Positions 36,892-44,556 of a stretch of 55,092 nt of DNA are shown in pieces. Made by a program: the position numbers and the translations under genes. The DNA comes from a virus. Lineage: Duplodnaviria > Caudoviricetes. Every line of letters starts with the position of its first letter. Within the stretch, counting starts at the first letter, position 1. The notes under the pieces were generated by a model. The model saw nothing but the letters and a program-made list of their open reading frames with translations, did no database searches and was not told the origin of the DNA. The DNA lies in IMG/VR virus record IMGVR_UViG_3300018432_000304, positions 1 through 55,092 of that record. One strand, given 5' to 3'.

Positions 36892-37499
36892 TCCGGCTGC
36901 CCCCCCTGATCGTTGGGGTGCTGCTGCTCGCAGGATGTTCGGTGGTGGCGCCAGATGCGTCACCACCGGCTGGGGCATCCTCGGTCAGCAGCACTCCAGC
37001 CCCTGTCGCGGTGTCGGAGCCGTGGGCGATCACCATCCCGAAGATCGACGCATCGTCCACCCTGGTGCCGCTCGGGCTGACCGAGCGGCGCGAGCTTGAG
37101 GTGCCGCCCGTGGACCAACCGTTGCAGGCCGGCTACTACGCCGGCGAGAACACAGCGGACGTCGGCGACGAGGTCCTGCCGGGCGAACAAGGCTCGGCTG
37201 TCGTGGCCGGGCATGTCGACGGCACCGGCCCGGACGGCCGCAAGGGCTTCCCCGGCGTCTTCGCCCGCCTCGGCGAACTCGGGCCGGGTGATGACGTACT
37301 CATCGACCAGGCCGATGGCGGGCAGCTCCGCTTCGTCGTCGAACGGGTCGGTGAGTACGACAAGGACTCGTTCCCGTCCGCCGACGTCTACCAGGTAGCT
37401 GACCAGCCGCGCCTGAACTTGGTGACCTGCTCTGGGCCTTTCGACCGCAACGCCGGGCACTACGAGCGGAACACGGTGATCTTCGCGGTGTTGGCGTGA
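36888..37499 (+). CDS. Class F sortase (lipoprotein)
   Basis: Lipobox LLAGC; PGEQGSAVVAGHVD; LNLVTC; GPFD..GHYERN. Confidence 0.88.
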   Translation: MIRLPPLIVGVLLLAGCSVVAPDASPPAGASSVSSTPAPVAVSEPWAITIPKIDASSTLVPLGLTERRELEVPPVDQPLQAGYYAGENTADVGDEVLPGEQGSAVVAGHVDGTGPDGRKGFPGVFARLGELGPGDDVLIDQADGGQLRFVVERVGEYDKDSFPSADVYQVADQPRLNLVTCSGPFDRNAGHYERNTVIFAVLA

Positions 37500-37897
37500 A
37501 GTGCGCGTCGTGTCGGCATCGGCGCGGCGAGCACGACTACCCCCGCCCCGGACATGCCTGCCGGCGGTGCATGTGCCCGTCGTGGTTCGCCCCGATGTGG
37601 TGGCTCGGCCTCGCGGCCCTCAACGACCGGCTGGCCCGACGTGTGTGGAGGACTGATGCTGCGACGACCCCAACGCCTCCCCGGCCAGGCCCGTCTGGAC
37701 CGGTGCCGGGAGGAAGCCCGGTTTTGGAGGAATTACGCCCTGCTGTACCGCTTCGGGGTCCCAGTGGATCGGGTCGCGGAGCAGACAGCGCGGGTCGCCT
37801 CCCGGATCCCCACGCAGCGCCGCCCTGTCGACCTGCGCCCCGCACCGACCGGTATCCCAGCCCGCCCGAACACCCGGTGGGGGAGCAGGAGCGACAG

Positions 37898-38278
37898 GTG
37901 AGCTGGATTCTGGACCGTCTCGCGTGGCTGCACGCCCCATGGACGGACCTCTCCGACGTGCAGGCCGAACTGGCCCGGCACGAGATGGAACTACTAGCAC
38001 TGAGGAGTGCCATGTCTTCCGCAGAGAACCTCGCCTACGAGCGCGCAGCGCAGCTCGTCGGCCTCATCAAGGCCGAGTTCGTGTCCCTGCGCGAGCAGCT
38101 CGACGCGTCCGCCCAGGCCCTCGAAGGCGACGCACAGGCTGATGCCGACCGGCTGAACGGGCTGCTCGACGAGCTGGCCACCGTGGTTCCGGCCGAGGTG
38201 CCGGAGGTGCCGACGCCCGCCCCGGGTGAGCCGGCCGAGCTCCCTTCCGAGCCGGTCGACGGCGACCAGCCCGCCTGA
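37898..38278 (+). CDS. Coiled-coil hypothetical protein (start uncertain)
   Basis: VSWILDRLAWL..AYERAAQLVGLIKAEF; C-terminal part of the 37496 ORF. Confidence 0.5.
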   Translation: MSWILDRLAWLHAPWTDLSDVQAELARHEMELLALRSAMSSAENLAYERAAQLVGLIKAEFVSLREQLDASAQALEGDAQADADRLNGLLDELATVVPAEVPEVPTPAPGEPAELPSEPVDGDQPA

Positions 38279-38424
38279 TGGCCGTAGTCATCGCCCAGCC
38301 GGGCGACAAGACCGCCGCGCTCGCGGAGCTGTGGCAGCTGCGGGACGTGCTCGCCGACGTGGATGACACGGCGGCCGCGCAGGTCCACGCGCTGTACAAC
38401 CAGCTCGTCGTGGACGCGGCCTGA
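38278..38424 (+). CDS. Small hypothetical protein
   Basis: TGATG coupling; MAVVIAQPGDKTAALAELWQLRD. Confidence 0.5.
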   Translation: MAVVIAQPGDKTAALAELWQLRDVLADVDDTAAAQVHALYNQLVVDAA

Positions 38425-38426
38425 TC

Positions 38427-38465
38427 GGAGCCGCCGAGCACTGCTCCCCGGTGCTCGGCGGCTCC
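38427..38465. terminator. Bidirectional terminator hairpin
   Basis: 15-bp perfect IR GGAGCCGCCGAGCAC/GTGCTCGGCGGCTCC between convergent genes. Confidence 0.75.
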
Positions 38466-38471
38466 ACCACT

Positions 38472-38942
38472 TCAGCTGTCGGAAGAGGCCAGCGCGGCGG
38501 AGACGAGCCGTCGGACGGCCTCGGCCCGGGATACACCCTGCTCGGCCGCCCAGGCATCAAGCTTGGGGAGGACGTCGCCGAGCCGGAGCAGCACGGCGCC
38601 GCCGATCTCGGGGCGGCCAGGGCCGCGTTCCTCTTCGACCCGGCCAAAGTGCTCTTTGACGGCCTCGTCTTCCCCGTTGCGGGTCAGCCAGTCGCGGGCC
38701 TCGTCGGTGTCGGTGTAGTGGTAGCGGTCCTGCTCGTCGACCCACGAGGAGAAGTGCCGCAGTACCCATCGCCCCTGCGCGGTCCGGTAGAGGCCTTGGC
38801 CTGAGTTGCGGGTGCGGGTGTTGACGTCGACGCGCTGCTCGCCGTCCCAGTAGGTGTCCGCCTTCCAGTAGGTGGCCTTGGCCTCGTCGAACCAGCCGTC
38901 GTTCTCGGCGGTCTCGGGGTTGGTGACGTAGATGCGGGTCAT
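38472..38942 (-). CDS. Protein with C-terminal ribbon-helix-helix (CopG-like) domain
   Basis: GPGRPEIG..LRLGD..LDAWAAEQGVSRAEAVRRLV; AAGGAG RBS. Confidence 0.75.
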   Translation of the reverse strand: MTRIYVTNPETAENDGWFDEAKATYWKADTYWDGEQRVDVNTRTRNSGQGLYRTAQGRWVLRHFSSWVDEQDRYHYTDTDEARDWLTRNGEDEAVKEHFGRVEEERGPGRPEIGGAVLLRLGDVLPKLDAWAAEQGVSRAEAVRRLVSAALASSDS

Positions 38943-38956
38943 CGTGTGCTCCTTGC

Positions 38957-39307
38957 TCAGAACCAGGGGCTGGTGGTCGCGCGGCTGGGCTGCTGAATCC
39001 ACTTGGCCATCAGGGCCTTGTCGGCGAGGTCAGCGGCGATGCCGCGGGCGATTCGGGCGGCGGGCTTCTCGGTGCCGTCGGTCTTGACGTCGGTGATGGT
39101 GCCGTCGGCCTCGAACCGCTGGTGCGCGCCGCTCGGGTGCTCGGTGGAGGGGGCGGAAGGGCCCTGGCCCGGCGCCAAGTTAGCCATGTAGTAGGTGCGC
39201 TGCTCGCGGACTGCGGCCTGCAGGGCCGCGACCTGGGCGGCGAGTGGGTCGGCGTGGTCGAGGGGGAGCTGCGTGGCGGCCTGGGCGACGGCGGCGAGGT
39301 CGTTCAT
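38957..39307 (-). CDS. Hypothetical protein
   Basis: AGGAGG RBS before ATG. Confidence 0.65.
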   Translation of the reverse strand: MNDLAAVAQAATQLPLDHADPLAAQVAALQAAVREQRTYYMANLAPGQGPSAPSTEHPSGAHQRFEADGTITDVKTDGTEKPAARIARGIAADLADKALMAKWIQQPSRATTSPWF

Positions 39308-39339
39308 GTTGTCCTCCTAGTGCCTTACTCGATATCGGC

Positions 39340-39369
39340 AATCTACTGCTACATGCGCCAGGTCGTCAA
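39340..39369 (-). promoter_or_regulatory. Sigma70-like promoter TTGACG-N18-TAGATT
   Basis: AT-richer intergenic region upstream of the 39307 ATG. Confidence 0.6.
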
Positions 39370-39400
39370 TAGACGACATCGCTTATCCTGAGGAGGCCGC

Positions 39401-39676
39401 GTGCCCTGGGTTGAAGACCCGATCGGCGAGCACGTCCCGGACCCCCTGAGCCCGTCGGGCTGGCGGTGGCGGCGCTACGACGAGCAGCCACCCACTTCGA
39501 TGCTGCCGATCGTCACCCCCGCCGAGGGGCGCACCGTCCGCTACGGCGACCACGAAGACCACGTCCTGCCCGTGCAGCCGCCCGAGCACCCGGGCGGGGA
39601 CTGGGCCAACCCCAACGCCTACCTGTCGTACGACGACGTCGACTCCCGCGGCATCATCGACACCGGAGCGCCCTGA
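39401..39676 (+). CDS. Hypothetical protein
   Basis: GAGGAGG RBS before GTG. Confidence 0.55.
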   Translation: MPWVEDPIGEHVPDPLSPSGWRWRRYDEQPPTSMLPIVTPAEGRTVRYGDHEDHVLPVQPPEHPGGDWANPNAYLSYDDVDSRGIIDTGAP

Positions 39677-39677
39677 C

Positions 39678-40439
39678 GTGGCCGTCACAAGCCAGAACGG
39701 CTGGCAGGCGAACGACCGCTCCTGCATCGCCTCCTACCAGCTGCCCGGTGGGAAGGTCGCGCTCCGCAAAGGCGACGTGTCCGTCGTGCTGCTGTGGGTC
39801 GCGAACCGCTTCCACGCGACCGTGGAGCCGCTCGTCTGGCCCGGGAACTGGGGCTACGCGGAGCGGCCAATCCGCGGCTCGTCCACGACGCTGTCCAACC
39901 ACGCGTCCGGGACCGCCCTCGACTTCAACGCCCCCGAACACCCCCTCGGGAAACGCGGCACCTTCACCGCCGACCAGGTGGCCGCCATCCGCACGATCCT
40001 CGCGTTCTGCGAAGGCGTCGTCCGCTGGGGCGGCGACTACACCAGCCGCGCCGACGAGATGCACTTCGAGGTCAACGCCGGAGCAGCAGACGTCCGCCGC
40101 GTTGCCGACAAGATCCGAGGCGGAACGTCCGCCGCCCCCCAGGAGGACGAATTGAGCCAACAGCAGGTCGACCACATCATCAGCGTGTTCCGCCGCGATC
40201 TCGGCTTCGCGAGAGACCAGATCCTCACGAGGCTGGGTGTGCACAACCCGCCCAACGCGCCCGCGAAGCTCGCCCCCGAGCAGCTCGCCGGCATCGACCC
40301 CGCCCGCCGCGTAGACGTCGGCTGGGCCCGCGACCAGCTCATCCAAGAGCTCGCCGAGCAGCGCGTCCTCATCGAGGCCATCGCCGAAAAGGTCGGCCTC
40401 CAGTTCGAGGACACCCCGAACACCCCCGGAACGCCGTGA
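39678..40439 (+). CDS. Endolysin, M15 family peptidase
   Basis: SQNGW, WGYAERPIRG, SNHASGTALD, WGGDY..DEMHFE. Confidence 0.9.
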   Translation: MAVTSQNGWQANDRSCIASYQLPGGKVALRKGDVSVVLLWVANRFHATVEPLVWPGNWGYAERPIRGSSTTLSNHASGTALDFNAPEHPLGKRGTFTADQVAAIRTILAFCEGVVRWGGDYTSRADEMHFEVNAGAADVRRVADKIRGGTSAAPQEDELSQQQVDHIISVFRRDLGFARDQILTRLGVHNPPNAPAKLAPEQLAGIDPARRVDVGWARDQLIQELAEQRVLIEAIAEKVGLQFEDTPNTPGTP

Positions 40440-40446
40440 TGGGGAG

Positions 40447-41064
40447 CTACGCGACAGTGGTCTGCTGCACTGATACGGTCCTCCTGCGGGTCAGCATCTT
40501 GCTGATGTGGGATTGACTGATCCCTAGCTGACGGGCGATCCCCCGCTGGGACATGCCCCGGTCGGCAAGCAGGAAGACCGACTCCGTCCACTTGGAATCG
40601 TAGAGGCGATTCGCGTCGGCGACCGCCCGGATTTTTTCACACTCCCGGCAAAGCCGGATTTGGCCGCCGTGACCTCGACGGGATCGCTTCCAGCGGGTGT
40701 TCTCTGAGGTCCATCGGTGGCCACGCTGGCACGTCCGGCGCTCTCGTGCGGACCGACGAACGTTGGCCGAACTGGTAGTTGGCGCCAGGTGCATCGGGTT
40801 GACGCATCTCCGGTGAGGGCACGAGTCCCCGCCGCGGCACTCGTCAGCTCGGTGGCAGAGGTGGTCAAGCACCTCGCTAGGGTCCAAGGACCGAACCATC
40901 GCTGCGTATACCAGGCGATGCGCGAGGTTTGTCGTCCCGTTCCTTCGCTGGCCAGGTGCGTGGCCGTACCCGGCCTTAGTGACGCCCCCTGGCCACACCC
41001 AGCACCTGGATAGATCGCTGGTGTCGATCAGCGCGAACAACTCGTCGAAGGTACGCTTACCCAC
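40447..41064 (-). CDS. HNH endonuclease with C-terminal HTH
   Basis: CWVW..GYG..AHR..LDHLC..CVNPMHL..N; MSQRGIARQLGISQSHIS. Confidence 0.85.
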   Translation of the reverse strand: MGKRTFDELFALIDTSDLSRCWVWPGGVTKAGYGHAPGQRRNGTTNLAHRLVYAAMVRSLDPSEVLDHLCHRADECRGGDSCPHRRCVNPMHLAPTTSSANVRRSARERRTCQRGHRWTSENTRWKRSRRGHGGQIRLCRECEKIRAVADANRLYDSKWTESVFLLADRGMSQRGIARQLGISQSHISKMLTRRRTVSVQQTTVA

Positions 41065-41219
41065 GTCGACCCCTCCCGGTCGGCCACGCCCCGAACCTGT
41101 TCCCGCAGGTGTCGGGGCTTCTTTATTGCCCTCGTAAGCATATCAAGAGGGGATCACAAATGGGTGACCATAGTCGGGTCGTCGACCCGGACCCGAGTAA
41201 CCACGAAGGGGAGAACCAC

Positions 41220-41486
41220 ATGTCCGAGCCCAACGGCTTCGCCGACCACGCCGAACCCGCGGCCCCGGTCGAGTCGAAGGTGAAGTGGGGTGCGCTCGCC
41301 GCCTACCTCGGCGGTGTCGCCGCCCTCGCGGTCGTCAACGCCGTCACCGGCAACGACAACCAGCTCCTCATCGCCGCCCTGCCCGACGCGATCGAGCCGT
41401 TCGTGTTGCCGGCCATCCCGGCGGTCCTGTCGGCGATCGGCGGGTTCTTCGCGAAGCACACCCCCCGCCCGGACCTGGGGGTCTGA
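41220..41486 (+). CDS. Holin
   Basis: VESKVKW..two TM helices..AKHTPR; next to endolysin. Confidence 0.7.
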   Translation: MSEPNGFADHAEPAAPVESKVKWGALAAYLGGVAALAVVNAVTGNDNQLLIAALPDAIEPFVLPAIPAVLSAIGGFFAKHTPRPDLGV

Positions 41487-41632
41487 TGTTCCCGATCCTG
41501 GCGATCGTGTGCTTCCTGCTCGTGGTGTTGCGCGCACCCATCGACCTGGACTTGACGAACCTCGGGCTCGTGTTCGTGGCCGCGTGGTGCCTGGTCGGTA
41601 ACTGGCCCATCGGAGGCCGCCTACCCCGATAG
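41486..41632 (+). CDS. Small two-TM protein
   Basis: TGATG coupling; hydrophobic. Confidence 0.6.
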   Translation: MFPILAIVCFLLVVLRAPIDLDLTNLGLVFVAAWCLVGNWPIGGRLPR

Positions 41633-41674
41633 CTCGCCCGGCCCCAGGTTCCCCGTCTTGGGCTGGGCAGCGAG

Positions 41675-41716
41675 ACGCCCCCCGTTCCAGCCTCGTGCTG
41701 GGGCGGGGGGCGTTTT
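41675..41716 (+). terminator. Intrinsic terminator ending the late operon
   Basis: ACGCCCCCCG..CGGGGGGCGT hairpin followed by TTT. Confidence 0.75.
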
Positions 41717-41737
41717 CGCGTTGGGTTAGAAGACCGG

Positions 41738-42058
41738 TCAACCGCCCTTCAGCGCGGCACGGAAATCGGCGGCCCACTTGTCGACCGGCAGCGGGAGCGG
41801 CTCTTCTCGCCCCACGTCGCGGGCTCCCCAGCACGGATGCTCCGGAGCGTGCGGGGACAAGACGCACAGGTCGTCCGCGTTCCCGTCGACCGGCTTCAAG
41901 CAGCGGCCAGGGTTGCGGACCGCGCTGAGGAGCACAGCCCACGTCCCGTCCAGGCCGTTGCGCTCCAAGTAACCGGCGAACTCCCGGACCGGGCAGCCGA
42001 CCGCCTGCCAGAGATCCAAGGTCAGGTACTGAAAGCCCCCACCCTCAGTCATGGTCAT
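41738..42058 (-). CDS. Hypothetical protein
   Basis: GAGG RBS; part of leftward small-gene array. Confidence 0.55.
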   Translation of the reverse strand: MTMTEGGGFQYLTLDLWQAVGCPVREFAGYLERNGLDGTWAVLLSAVRNPGRCLKPVDGNADDLCVLSPHAPEHPCWGARDVGREEPLPLPVDKWAADFRAALKGG

Positions 42059-42068
42059 CTCCTCTACC

Positions 42069-42341
42069 TCACCAGTCGAAGTACTTGTCGTAGCTGCCTT
42101 CGCCGCCGGTCGGCGCCGGCTCCTCCCAACTCACGGGGTGACCCACCCAGTAGAAGGGCGCGGGCGCGGTCCGCTCACCGTTCGGGTCCAGCACATCCCG
42201 GATTTCGACGCACACGGCGGCCGGGATCACCTCATCATGCAAATCCAGGCCGAGGTGCTCCGACAGCAGCCACTGCACGTCGTCGGGCTGCAGCATGCCC
42301 AGATCCTCGGCCAAGTCCTGCGCGGTCATCCCCTCAGCCAC
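42069..42341 (-). CDS. Hypothetical protein
   Basis: VAEGMTAQDLAEDLG..; start overlaps upstream stop. Confidence 0.55.
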   Translation of the reverse strand: MAEGMTAQDLAEDLGMLQPDDVQWLLSEHLGLDLHDEVIPAAVCVEIRDVLDPNGERTAPAPFYWVGHPVSWEEPAPTGGEGSYDKYFDW

Positions 42342-42758
42342 GGGAGGTCCCCCGCAAGCGTCGGTAGTCGAAGGCCGCCCACAGCAGCGCCACCGCCGCC
42401 ACCAGGACGGACCCGAAGACGATCCAAGCAGCTGACCAGTCGCTCCCACTCTGGATGGCGTTGATCCCCACGCCGATCAGGCCTGCCGTGTAGCCGACGG
42501 GCGCCATCACAGCACCGATGAACTCGCCGGGGTGGGGGACCCAGCCCTTGAACGCCAGAGCGTGGAGGCCGATGAGCGTCATCGCTGCGGGCCCGGCGAG
42601 GAGCAGGAGCGGCACCCACAGGGGTGAAAGCAGTACGGCTGCGGCCACCAGGGCAATGTCTCGGGCCCTGGAGCCCCCGTCCACGGTCACGGCGTCTCCT
42701 CCTCGTCCGGTGCCCACTCCGACCGCCATATCCTGCGCGGTCATCCCCTCAGCCACGG
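42316..42758. repeat. 28-bp direct repeat TCCTGCGCGGTCATCCCCTCAGCCACGG
   Basis: Identical copies at 42316-42343 and 42731-42758. Confidence 0.9.
42334..42690 (-). CDS. Multi-TM membrane protein
   Basis: GAGGAGGAG RBS; hydrophobic segments; flanked by 28-bp direct repeat. Confidence 0.6.
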   Translation of the reverse strand: MTVDGGSRARDIALVAAAVLLSPLWVPLLLLAGPAAMTLIGLHALAFKGWVPHPGEFIGAVMAPVGYTAGLIGVGINAIQSGSDWSAAWIVFGSVLVAAVALLWAAFDYRRLRGTSRG

Positions 42759-43068
42759 CCAGTACCACCGATCCCACTTCCCGGCCTTGCTGTGCTGGGT
42801 GTCCAGCGTGAGGGTGAGCCGGTATCGACGTCCACAGTCGCAGCGCCAGATCGCGCCGTGCCCGACGTCCATCCTCGGCATCTCGCAGTAGTGCGTGGTC
42901 TGGCGTCCAGCTCGTACGAGACGTCCTCCGCCCTGCTTCCAGCCGTGCTCGTGCAGCCAACGTCGGTCTGTATCGGCGAGCGCGCGGATGAAGACCTCGG
43001 CCTCTTCGGCGGTCATCTTCTCGTCAGCCACGGTTCTCCTCCTCGTCCGGCGCCCACTCCGACCGCCA
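42695..43068. repeat. 34-bp direct repeat (33/34 identical)
   Basis: Copies at 42695-42728 and 43035-43068. Confidence 0.9.
42741..43031 (-). CDS. Hypothetical protein (HYC..WRCDCG)
   Basis: RBS lies within upstream gene end; coupled start. Confidence 0.55.
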   Translation of the reverse strand: MADEKMTAEEAEVFIRALADTDRRWLHEHGWKQGGGRLVRAGRQTTHYCEMPRMDVGHGAIWRCDCGRRYRLTLTLDTQHSKAGKWDRWYWPWLRG

Positions 43069-43488
43069 ACCCGGCCTCCCGCGGTACACGGACGCGAGCA
43101 GACGCACCGTCGGGCACGGCCACGCGACACCGATGTGGCCGCTGCTGTTGATGGGGTAGCCGACGCAAGTCGAGCAGTACCTGCCGTCGTCGTTCTGCTC
43201 GCCAGTCCACGGCAGGTGCAGTTCGAGGATGCGGCGTTTCGCGGCCACCTCGGCGAGCACCCGCGCCGGATCATGACGGGCGATGTGGGCGGCCTGCTCC
43301 TCGCTGCGGACACCTCCACCCTCATAGCCAGGGCCGGCCACTTCAACGCCAGCTTGATCCTCAATGACGAAGGACCCCGTCCACCCACTGTCCTCACCAC
43401 GGATCCAGCGAAGCCCCCCGGCGGCCTGCGCCACCCGCTCGTCCTCGGCCACCTGCTCGCGCAGCCAGGCCACCAGCTCGTCGGTCAC
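43024..43488 (-). CDS. DUF6221-like protein
   Basis: LVAWLR..HIARHDPARVLAEVAAKRRIL..PCPTVRLLASVY..RPGW..EWAP. Confidence 0.8.
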   Translation of the reverse strand: MTDELVAWLREQVAEDERVAQAAGGLRWIRGEDSGWTGSFVIEDQAGVEVAGPGYEGGGVRSEEQAAHIARHDPARVLAEVAAKRRILELHLPWTGEQNDDGRYCSTCVGYPINSSGHIGVAWPCPTVRLLASVYRGRPGWRSEWAPDEEENRG

Positions 43489-43679
43489 GTCTTCGATCCT
43501 TCCGCACGCAGCTTCAACGTGGCCAGCGCGGCAGCGTAAAGCGTGCATCCAATGGACCGACACCGCGCACACCGACCTTTCCCGTCCGGCCGGTGCTCCC
43601 GCAGCAGCTTCTCCGGGTCACCCTGCCTGTCGATGAGGCGCACCAGGTCACCTGACACCCTCGCCTCTGGTTCCGCCAT
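43485..43679 (-). CDS. Small Zn-binding hypothetical protein
   Basis: EHRPDGKGRCARC..C. Confidence 0.55.
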   Translation of the reverse strand: MAEPEARVSGDLVRLIDRQGDPEKLLREHRPDGKGRCARCRSIGCTLYAAALATLKLRAEGSKT

Positions 43680-43762
43680 GACGGTCCTTCCCATTGCGTT
43701 GAGCAGGTGATTCCTGCGGATCGGGTTGGCCGCTGTCGGACCGCGGCCGCATACTCGGTGTT

Positions 43763-44182
43763 ATGGCGGAGACGGCACTCATCCCGGCCTGGGTCGCGCC
43801 GGCGGCCCGGGAGGTCGCCGACTGCCTGTGGATCGCCCACGCCTGCGCCGAAGAGGCCGGCCCCGGGTCGCGGTGGGCGCAGATCGTCGCGGTCATGCAG
43901 TGGGCCACCGACGGCGACGCAACCCGCGACGACGCGGTCGACATGCTCCTGGCCTCCGACGGCGCCGCCTACACCACCGTGGTGTGGCTCCTCGGCCGCG
44001 GCCCAGCCCCGTTGCGGCTGCCGCGCCGCAACCCCGACGGCACCACCCTCACCGAAACCCAGCTGTACGCCGAGTACATGCACGGTCTGACCGGGCTGCC
44101 GGAGCAGCGGCGTGACGCCGAGACGCGGGCTAGGAAGGACGCCGGCCACTACCGGCGTCTGGCTGCGCTGGTGCCGCACTAG
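43763..44182 (+). CDS. Hypothetical protein, possibly leaderless
   Basis: CATACT 7 nt before ATG; WLLG..P..LPRRNPDG motif. Confidence 0.6.
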   Translation: MAETALIPAWVAPAAREVADCLWIAHACAEEAGPGSRWAQIVAVMQWATDGDATRDDAVDMLLASDGAAYTTVVWLLGRGPAPLRLPRRNPDGTTLTETQLYAEYMHGLTGLPEQRRDAETRARKDAGHYRRLAALVPH

Positions 44183-44556
44183 CGTCCCCTCACACGCGCG
44201 GCACCAGCATCTTCATCGGCGGCTGGGATCCACGCTGGCGGCTCATCCCGCTGTGAAGGGATCAACAGACCCGGTACAGATCGTCGCCGCTCGAGCTCAT
44301 CCCGGGGGACGCGAGAGTTCCCGTACCCACGGCCGCCGTCGTACCTCTGCCAAATCGGGTCTGCGGCGATCTCCTTCCCGGAGTCTCGCATCTGCTCCTG
44401 ATGCTCTCGCCGCGCCCGAGAGATCTCCGCACCCAGGCGGGCTGCCACCACGTACTGGTCGTTCGGCGGCAGTTTCGACAGCTCCGCCGCCAGCTCAGCT
44501 GGATCCATGTCGAGCACCGCCCGCCGCAGCGGTGCCGGGATGTGGCGTGGCTTCAC
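44179..44556 (-). CDS. Hypothetical protein downstream of relaxase
   Basis: GTGA-coupled to relaxase stop. Confidence 0.55.
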   Translation of the reverse strand: MKPRHIPAPLRRAVLDMDPAELAAELSKLPPNDQYVVAARLGAEISRARREHQEQMRDSGKEIAADPIWQRYDGGRGYGNSRVPRDELERRRSVPGLLIPSQRDEPPAWIPAADEDAGAARVRGR

